A DNA stretch of 33,196 bases from contig JBEPZV010000029.1 in NCBI GenBank assembly GCA_041640655.1, positions 1-33,196 of the forward strand, written 5' to 3'. This document shows, one piece after another, positions 7,401 to 13,918 of the stretch. This DNA is from a bacterium. GTDB lineage: Bacteria; Acidobacteriota; Blastocatellia; HR10. How positions within the stretch are numbered: position 1 is the first letter of the stretch; every line of letters begins with the position of its first letter. Under the pieces are notes generated by a model. That model did no database searches. It saw only the letters and a program-made list of their open reading frames with translations, and had not been told where the DNA came from. A program made the translations under genes and the position numbers.

Positions 7401-9502
7401 CAGGGTGTCCCTCCGTGTTTCCATCGGGCGAGTCCCGCTTCGATGAGGTGCTCCACGTACTGCTGGACTCGCTCCAGAGTCACCGTCCCGTAATAATGCG
7501 CGCCGGCGCGACGCGCCTCCGCATCCACGGCGTTATAGATGTCCAGCACCGAGCGCGAGCCATCTATGAAGTTGAGCACCTCGAAGGCCATCAGCGGATG
7601 TAAGCCCTCCACGGGGCGCACGCGATTGCGCCGCTCCAGGAATTCGGCGGGACCGGCCGCGAGCATCGGCACTTTCTGGGCCAGCTCGCGCTCTTTGGGG
7701 GAGAGCGAGAGCGTGGGGACGCGCGACTCCCCAGTTATCGCCAGGTAAGACCGTTCCAGCTCCGCCAGGGCCTGAGCTTCGCGCTCCGCGAGCATAGCCG
7801 TGAGGCGTTCGACGAGCCCCCGGACTTCGGGCACCGGACGAAGGATAGAAGCGAGCGCCGCGCGCTCCCGCCACCCGGCCTGCAGGATCTGATTCCGCGC
7901 GCGTCCGAAGGCGAAGGTCTTATCCCGCTCGTGCACGATCAATTCCAGAGCCACGCGCTCGTCGAACGCCAGCCGCTCGCGCGCCCGCGCGTAGACCTCT
8001 GTCGCCAGGAGGCGTCCGCGCTCCGGATCGAGCGAGGCGATGAAATAGGCGATCGCGGCCGCCGCGAACGCGTTCCGCTGCAGTTGCGTGCGATCAATAT
8101 TCCAGAGGTCGTCGTCCGTCGTGTGGATGTAATTGTCCGGCCAATTCGTGAACGTGATCCCCGGGACGCCGATCGGCGCTTCGTTGAACGTCATGTGATC
8201 GGTGTTATTGTGGAAGGGGATCATCTGCGCGTTGTACCGATGGCGCGTCCCCAAGTGCGCGAGAATCGGCTGGGGATAGGGGACGGGCGAACCGGCTTGA
8301 AATTGCGCGAGCTGTCCCGTATTGGCCGCGACGGTGAATTCAATGACGCGTTCAGCGACGTCCGTCAGGAAATGGCTCCGCGAGAAGGGAACGCGCGTGA
8401 CGTTCTGGACGCGCAACAGGTCTTGTCCCTGATTGGCGCCGATCATGTCCAGGTTGATGTTGACGAGCATCCGCCTGGGCTCGTCCGGATGATCGGCGAA
8501 GTATTGTCGCTCGCTGGAGATCTCCGTCACCCACCAGAAGCGGAGATTGCGGCGCGGTCGTCGAAGCTTCCCCTCGGTGATGAGCTTCGTGAGCGCGCGC
8601 GCGATCTCCAAAAGGCCCGCGCATCCGCTCGCATCGTCGTTGGCGGAGAACTTCTCCTCCTGAAGGTGGGCCGTCAGCACGATGTCCTGATCCGAGATGT
8701 CCGTCCCGCGAAGGAACCCCTCGACCATGACCTGCCACTTCTCCTCCGGGCGCACTTCAGCGTCGATCCGCGCGTGAACTTTCACCGGCCCTTGGGCGAG
8801 CTGACGGCGTAGGGTCAGGCCTTGTCGCAGCGAGAGTGAGAACGCGAAGGTCCCTTCTTTCCCATCCGGGCTGCGGAGAGGAATGCGCACCCAGCGGATC
8901 TGATCAGGGAAGTTGATACTGTTGAGGGGATATTCCGTCGCTGAAGGATCAGGATAGTACACGATCCCCGCCGCGCCGCGCTTCCACACCGCTTCCTCCG
9001 TGACCCGGTCGAGCGGGCCGTAGGCCAGCACGATCTTCCCTCGAACATCTTTCCCCGCGTAGTCCTTCTCCTCGAGGCCGGCGCCGACGTCGACCAACTC
9101 CGCCTGCACATCCGCTGAACGACTGTTATCGGCCAAATGGACGTGTGTTTGCAGGAAATCGGCCAGGCGTCGCCATTCAGGCTCGACCATCCACAGCTCG
9201 GCGCGCCGCACGCTCCACGCTTCCAGGGGATAGGGCTGCTTGATCAGCTTCACGTCCTCCAGGCCGTATTCGCGCGCCTTCTGCGCCGTATATTCGGCCA
9301 CCCGCATCAACCCCTCCGTCCCTCCGCGCGGTCGGTGAAAGAGGGTGAAATAGCGGATGTGTTCGTACGCGATGTCCCCGGAGATCTCGTTGACGAGAGC
9401 GCGGTACTCCGCCTCCGTCAGGAGCGGAAGCGTCTGGGCCGGAACCGAGGAGAGCACCAGCACGATGAGGAGCACTCCTCCGACACCGTATCGCCATCGC
9501 AT
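7400..9502 (-). CDS. Secreted M28-family Zn aminopeptidase with PA domain and C-terminal winged helix (DUF4910-like)
   Basis: Signal peptide MRWRYGVGGVLLIVLVLSSVPAQ; PA domain DYAGKDVRGKIVL; TAHL, ANDDASG, NLDMIG, TDH, YIHT metal motifs; LNFIDGSRSVLDI; AGGAGG SD. Confidence 0.85.
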   Translation of the reverse strand: MRWRYGVGGVLLIVLVLSSVPAQTLPLLTEAEYRALVNEISGDIAYEHIRYFTLFHRPRGGTEGLMRVAEYTAQKAREYGLEDVKLIKQPYPLEAWSVRRAELWMVEPEWRRLADFLQTHVHLADNSRSADVQAELVDVGAGLEEKDYAGKDVRGKIVLAYGPLDRVTEEAVWKRGAAGIVYYPDPSATEYPLNSINFPDQIRWVRIPLRSPDGKEGTFAFSLSLRQGLTLRRQLAQGPVKVHARIDAEVRPEEKWQVMVEGFLRGTDISDQDIVLTAHLQEEKFSANDDASGCAGLLEIARALTKLITEGKLRRPRRNLRFWWVTEISSERQYFADHPDEPRRMLVNINLDMIGANQGQDLLRVQNVTRVPFSRSHFLTDVAERVIEFTVAANTGQLAQFQAGSPVPYPQPILAHLGTRHRYNAQMIPFHNNTDHMTFNEAPIGVPGITFTNWPDNYIHTTDDDLWNIDRTQLQRNAFAAAAIAYFIASLDPERGRLLATEVYARARERLAFDERVALELIVHERDKTFAFGRARNQILQAGWRERAALASILRPVPEVRGLVERLTAMLAEREAQALAELERSYLAITGESRVPTLSLSPKERELAQKVPMLAAGPAEFLERRNRVRPVEGLHPLMAFEVLNFIDGSRSVLDIYNAVDAEARRAGAHYYGTVTLERVQQYVEHLIEAGLARWKHGGTP

Positions 9503-9538
9503 CGTCTTCCCTCCTGATGTGTGGATCCTGGCGGCGAT

Positions 9539-9568
9539 ATGATACGCCCCGACGTACGGTCGGGACAA
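9539..9568 (-). promoter_or_regulatory. Sigma70-like promoter for the M28-osmC-phosphoesterase unit
   Basis: TTGTCC (9568-9563), 18 bp, TATCAT (9544-9539). Confidence 0.5.
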
Positions 9569-9599
9569 GGGGGGCGAGGATCCCGCGGCTCGCGGCCAT

Positions 9600-10628
9600 T
9601 CAAATCCCGATATATCGGGCGTAGAGGCTGCGCGCCAGCGTCATGTCCTCCGTGCCCTTGATGATGCAGTGCCCATCCGGGAAGAGATTCAGCTCGTAGC
9701 CGTTCACGCGAAAGACGAGGAGGAATTCTTTGAGCGTCACGTCGCCGAGCGGCTTCAGACGCTCGGCGATCTCCTGCAGGTTGAGCGAGACATCGCCCAC
9801 GCTGGAGATATGGACGGCGTTGCGTCCGCAGAGCGTCAGGGCGGATTGCCGTCGGCCGGCTTCCAGGAACTCGAAGCGTCGGTGATGGCAGGCCGGACAG
9901 TCCGCGCGCTCGCGCACCTTCTGCAGGCTCACGCGATGAACGGACATCTCCCAGGCATCCACCTGGATCAATCCGCCGTGCAGCTTCTCCGTCCGCCCGA
10001 TGAGCACTTTGATCGCCTCCGTCACCTGGATCGAGGCGATGAAGAGGACGATGGGGAGGATGATGCCCGCCGTATCGCACGTGGGGGAGGATCCGGGCGG
10101 CGGGATCTTCTCGAACACGCAGCGCAAACAGGGCGTGATGCCCGGGCGAATCGTCATCGTGAGTCCGTAGGCGCCGACGGCCGCTCCGTAGATCCACGGC
10201 TTCTCGTGTTTGACGCACGCGTCGTTGATCAGATACCGCGTCTCGAAGTTATCCGTGCCGTCCAGGACGAGATCCACGTCGGCGATCAGCCGTTCGATGT
10301 TCTTGGGGTTCACGTCGGCGACGATGGCTTCGGTGCGGACATCGCTGTTGATGCGCGCGACGCGTCGGGCGCACGCGATGGCTTTCGGAAGCCGCTCGGC
10401 GGCATCGCGCTCCTCGAACATGATCTGCCGTTGCAGATTCGATTCTTCGACGAAGTCGCGATCCACCAGGCGCAGGAATCCCACGCCCGCGCGCGCGAGC
10501 ATCTCGACCTGAGCTGCGCCGAGCGCGCCGCAGCCGATGACGAGGACGCGACTCTGCAGCAGCCGTTCTTGTCCCGCCTCGCCGATCTCTCGAAAGAGGA
10601 GCTGTCGGGAATATTTCTCGCGATTCAT
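9600..10628 (-). CDS. ThiF/MoeB family E1-like adenylyltransferase with C-terminal extension domain
   Basis: YSRQ, VIGCGALG, DRDFVEESNLQRQ, DGTDNFETR, PCLRC, catalytic TCDTAG, CPAC Zn motif. Confidence 0.93.
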   Translation of the reverse strand: MNREKYSRQLLFREIGEAGQERLLQSRVLVIGCGALGAAQVEMLARAGVGFLRLVDRDFVEESNLQRQIMFEERDAAERLPKAIACARRVARINSDVRTEAIVADVNPKNIERLIADVDLVLDGTDNFETRYLINDACVKHEKPWIYGAAVGAYGLTMTIRPGITPCLRCVFEKIPPPGSSPTCDTAGIILPIVLFIASIQVTEAIKVLIGRTEKLHGGLIQVDAWEMSVHRVSLQKVRERADCPACHHRRFEFLEAGRRQSALTLCGRNAVHISSVGDVSLNLQEIAERLKPLGDVTLKEFLLVFRVNGYELNLFPDGHCIIKGTEDMTLARSLYARYIGI

Positions 10629-10644
10629 AGGGCCATCCTCAGAA

Positions 10645-10674
10645 AAGCTATCGAAGGTTCCGCCTCGCGGTCAA
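10645..10674 (-). promoter_or_regulatory. Possible internal sigma70-like promoter for the ThiF gene
   Basis: TTGACC (10674-10669), 18 bp, TAGCTT (10650-10645). Confidence 0.45.
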
Positions 10675-10685
10675 CGCCTCGCGCA

Positions 10686-11006
10686 TCAGTAACAGGGGAG
10701 TGAGGGATTCACGCGCGCGATCCATGCCCGGATGCCTCCGCGCAAGCTGCGGACGCGCTCGAAGCCGAGCGTGACGAGCCACGCGGCGGCGATCCGACTG
10801 CGAATCCCACGGTAGCAATAGACGATGATCTCGGCTCGCGGGTCCAGCTCGCTCGCGCGCCAGGGGATCTCCGGCCAGGGGATGAGGCGCGAACCCGGGA
10901 TACGACAGTAGGCATGCTCGTCCGGCTGCCGCACGTCCACCAGCAGGACGGCGTTCGGGCGCTCTTCCAACAGCGCCTTCAACTCCTCCGGTTCGATCTC
11001 CCTCAC
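10686..11006 (-). CDS. Single-domain rhodanese sulfurtransferase (MoeZ C-terminal type)
   Basis: LVDVRQPDEH, active-site loop YCYRGIRS, SLRGGIRAW, C-terminal NPSLPCY; GTG 11006 with GGGAG SD. Confidence 0.88.
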   Translation of the reverse strand: MREIEPEELKALLEERPNAVLLVDVRQPDEHAYCRIPGSRLIPWPEIPWRASELDPRAEIIVYCYRGIRSRIAAAWLVTLGFERVRSLRGGIRAWIARVNPSLPCY

Positions 11007-11028
11007 CCGCGATCTCCCGGGGATGCGC

Positions 11029-11313
11029 TCACACGGCGCTCCCTCCCGCAATGGCGGGGATGATGGCGACCTCCATGCCATCTCGCAGCTCCGTGGCCAA
11101 TCCGTTCAGGAAACGGATGTCCTCGCCATCCACATAGATGTTCACGAATCGGCGGAGTTGTCCGTCGGATTCGCGCAAGCGCTCGGTGATGCCCGGATAC
11201 TGCCGCTCCAACTGCTCGAGTGCTTCGCCGACGGTCCCAGCCGAGAGCTCGATCACATCGCGATTCTCGGTGAAGCGCCTGAGCGGTTGGGGAATGCGAA
11301 CCGTCACGCTCAT
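11029..11313 (-). CDS. MoaD/ThiS/CysO family ubiquitin-like sulfur carrier protein
   Basis: VRIPQPLRRFT...LRRFVNIYVDGEDIRFLNGLAT...IIPAIAGG followed by SAV; ATGA overlap with the thrC stop. Confidence 0.93.
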   Translation of the reverse strand: MSVTVRIPQPLRRFTENRDVIELSAGTVGEALEQLERQYPGITERLRESDGQLRRFVNIYVDGEDIRFLNGLATELRDGMEVAIIPAIAGGSAV

Positions 11314-12590
11314 GATTGGCTCCCTCCTTCGGAGAAATCGCGGAGCACGCGCTCCAGTTCGGTGATTTTCGGGGCGATGCTGATCGGCGGCGCTGTCGCG
11401 AGGGCGTCCATCGTCTTGAGCCCGTTGCCGGTGATCGCCAGGACGACCGTCTCCTCCGGGGACAGATAGCCCTGCTCGGCGAGTTTCCGCGCCACCGCCA
11501 CGGTGACTCCTCCAGCCGTCTCCGTGAAGATGCCCTCGGTTTCGGCCAGCAGGCGAATGCCCGCCAGAATCTCCGCGTCCGTCGCGTCCTCGGCCCAGCC
11601 GCCGCTCTGGCGGATGGCTCGCGCGGCGAAGTATCCGTCGGCCGGATCACCGATGGCGAGCGAGTGCGCGATCGTCCGCGGCTTGACGGGACGAATCTCC
11701 TCGCGCCCCTCCTTGACGGCCGCCACGATCGGATTACACCCGCGCGCTTGAGCGCCGAACAAGCGCGGGCGCGCCGGAGGAATTAATCCCAAGTGCTGCA
11801 GTTCTGCGAACGCCTTGTGAATCTTCGTCAGAAGCGATCCGCCCGCCATCGGGACGACCACGGCATCGGGGGCTCGCCACCCCAATTGCTCGGCGATCTC
11901 GAAGCCGACCGTTTTCGATCCCTCCGAGTAGAAGGGGCGCAGATTGACGTTGACCAGTCCCCAGTTCAAGGTGTAGACGATCTCACTGCAGAGGCGATTG
12001 ACGTCATCATAGGTGCCGCGCACGGCGATCACGCGCGCGCCATAAATCTGCGTGCCGAGGATCTTCGCTGGCTCCAGCGTCTCCGGGATGAAGATGTACG
12101 CCCGCAGGCCCGCGCGCGCGGCGTTCGCGGCGACGGAATTGGCCAGATTCCCCGTCGAGGCGCAGCCCACGGTATCGAAGCCGAATTCGCACGCTTTGGA
12201 GAGGGAGATGGCGACGACGCGATCCTTAAACGAGAGGGTGGGATGGCACACGCCGTCATTCTTGATGTAGAGGTTCTTCAATCCGAGCGCTTCGCCCAAT
12301 CGCGGCGCCGGGATGAGCGGCGTATATCCGGTCTCGATCCCCACGCGCGGGGGAGCGGTCAACGGGAGCAGCTCCCAATATCGCCACATCGTCGGCGGAC
12401 GCGCGATGATCCGCTCGCGCGAGACCACGCGCGCGAGCGCTTCGTAGTCGTACTCCACCTCTAATGGCCCGAAGCATTCCTCACAGATGGCCACCGGCTG
12501 CTCCGGATAAGTCGTGCGGCAGAGCCGGCAGCGCAATCCCGTCACGTAGCTTCTGGTCCCCGTTTCGACGACATCGTGTGTCAGGGCCAT
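11310..12590 (-). CDS. thrC: Threonine synthase-like PLP enzyme (fold II) with N-terminal Zn ribbon
   Basis: CRLC..CEEC, GYTPL, PTLSFKDR (PLP Lys), CASTGNLA, EGSKT, ITGNGLK. Confidence 0.88.
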   Translation of the reverse strand: MALTHDVVETGTRSYVTGLRCRLCRTTYPEQPVAICEECFGPLEVEYDYEALARVVSRERIIARPPTMWRYWELLPLTAPPRVGIETGYTPLIPAPRLGEALGLKNLYIKNDGVCHPTLSFKDRVVAISLSKACEFGFDTVGCASTGNLANSVAANAARAGLRAYIFIPETLEPAKILGTQIYGARVIAVRGTYDDVNRLCSEIVYTLNWGLVNVNLRPFYSEGSKTVGFEIAEQLGWRAPDAVVVPMAGGSLLTKIHKAFAELQHLGLIPPARPRLFGAQARGCNPIVAAVKEGREEIRPVKPRTIAHSLAIGDPADGYFAARAIRQSGGWAEDATDAEILAGIRLLAETEGIFTETAGGVTVAVARKLAEQGYLSPEETVVLAITGNGLKTMDALATAPPISIAPKITELERVLRDFSEGGSQS

Positions 12591-12720
12591 CTCCCCCCTC
12601 CGTGACGAAACTCCAATGCCCGAACGGACAAGGGATCCTTCCCCGCCGGAGTCACCTCTCGGCGGCTTGCGCTCGCTTCACATGGAGGCCATCGCCATAA
12701 CGCGCGACGCATTTGTAAAT
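12591..12720 (-). promoter_or_regulatory. Structured 5' leader with Met-rich uORF (candidate attenuator)
   Basis: About 130 nt between predicted TSS and thrC ATG; contains ATG GCG ATG GCC TCC ATG TGA, GNRA-capped hairpins and an anti-SD CUCCG. Confidence 0.45.
12678..12698 (-). CDS. Putative leader peptide MAMASM
   Basis: ATG GCG ATG GCC TCC ATG TGA; 3 of 6 codons are Met; no obvious SD. Confidence 0.35.
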   Translation of the reverse strand: MAMASM

Positions 12721-12725
12721 GGCAA

Positions 12726-12754
12726 AGGCTATGCGCTCGAGCCGGGTTTGTCAA
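12726..12754 (-). promoter_or_regulatory. Sigma70-like promoter of the thrC-sulfur carrier operon
   Basis: TTGACA (12754-12749), 17 bp, TAGCCT (12731-12726). Confidence 0.65.
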
Positions 12755-12815
12755 GACCGCTCGCTCCTCAGAGGGGCGCATTGTGTGGCCTTATGCCGGA
12801 ATAAGGCGCGTTTCT

Positions 12816-13784
12816 TCACGAGGTCGCGAGCACCTCTTGCAGCGCGCGCAGCGTGATATTGCCGCCTGAGAGCTCGAGCACGACCCGGCGCCCGCGCAGC
12901 CGCTCTTTGAGTCGAAGCGCCGCCGCCAGGGGAGCTGCGCCCGCTGCCTCGACGAGATTATGCGTCGCCTCCATCATCAGCCGCATCGCGCGGCGGATCT
13001 CCTCGTCGCTGACGAGGATGAAATCGGCGAGGTTCTCGCGCAAGATCGCCAGCGGCAGCTCGAAGCCGACGCGCGTCGCCAAGCCTTCGGCGAACGTATT
13101 CATGACGTCCGTCGCGACGACTCTCCCCTGGCGCCAGGAGAGATAAGCGGCGGGAGCGGCTTCGGATTGGACGCCGATGACCTCGATCCTCGGATCGAGG
13201 GCGCGCGCAGCGATGGAGATGCCCGAGGCGCCGCTGCCGCCACCGACGGGCACGAGGATGACCTCGACATCGGGCAAATCTTCGATGATCTCCAGGCCGA
13301 TGGTCCCCACGCCTGCGATCAGATGCGGTTCGTTCGCCGAATGGATGTATCGGTACCCCTCTCGTTCGGCCAGCGCTTCGACGTATTCGCGCGCCTCGTC
13401 GAAATCCTTCCCGTGGACGATGACCTCCGCTCCCAAGCGCTCAATGGCCCTCACCTTGTCGGGATTGCTGCCGACGGGCACGACGACGCGCGCCCGCACG
13501 CCGAACAGACGCGCGGCCCAGGCGATGGATTGGCCGTGATTCCCCGTCGAAGCCGTGATGACGCCGCGCCGCCGCTCCTCCTCGCTCAAGCGCGCGATCA
13601 GGTTCACCCCGCCCCGCACCTTGAAGGCGCCGATCGGCTGGTGGTTCTCGTACTTCACGAAGACGTCGGCTTCGAGCAATTCGCTCAATCCCGTGCACGG
13701 ATAGAGCGGCGTGCGGGGGAGATAGCGTCGGATGAGCCGGTGCGCATCCAGGATATCGAGAATCGTCGGAATGGCGAGTGTCAT
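12816..13784 (-). CDS. Threonine/serine dehydratase or racemase family PLP enzyme without regulatory ACT domain
   Basis: KYENHQPIGAFKVRG, ASTGNHG, VPVGGGSG, LSGGN; ATG 13784 with AGGAGG SD; 322 aa. Confidence 0.9.
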   Translation of the reverse strand: MTLAIPTILDILDAHRLIRRYLPRTPLYPCTGLSELLEADVFVKYENHQPIGAFKVRGGVNLIARLSEEERRRGVITASTGNHGQSIAWAARLFGVRARVVVPVGSNPDKVRAIERLGAEVIVHGKDFDEAREYVEALAEREGYRYIHSANEPHLIAGVGTIGLEIIEDLPDVEVILVPVGGGSGASGISIAARALDPRIEVIGVQSEAAPAAYLSWRQGRVVATDVMNTFAEGLATRVGFELPLAILRENLADFILVSDEEIRRAMRLMMEATHNLVEAAGAAPLAAALRLKERLRGRRVVLELSGGNITLRALQEVLATS

Positions 13785-13918
13785 CGCTCCCTCCTGTCGG
13801 ACCTTTCGCGCCTGATTGTGCCATATCGGGGCGGAGATCCCCAAGGGTTGGGCTGCGCGGGAGAGTCGCGATACAATGGAGGTCAAGGCGATGGGGGATT
13901 GACGCGAGGGGGATCGCG

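Noticed and set aside
7400..9502. M28 peptidase as the enzyme trimming the sulfur carrier
   Set aside because: It has a signal peptide and its own promoter-like site, so it is probably exported and separately transcribed.
12600..12700. SAM-I/IV riboswitch in the thrC leader
   Set aside because: Only scattered fragments (UGGCC, UGAAGC, GCAA, GGUG) resemble it; the AUC/GAU P1 and the AGAG/GAGGGA kink-turn are absent. It needs an Infernal check.
12581..12781. 66-aa minus-strand ORF overlapping the thrC start
   Set aside because: It begins upstream of the promoter and has no recognisable features; the internal ATG version lacks an SD and any amino-acid bias.
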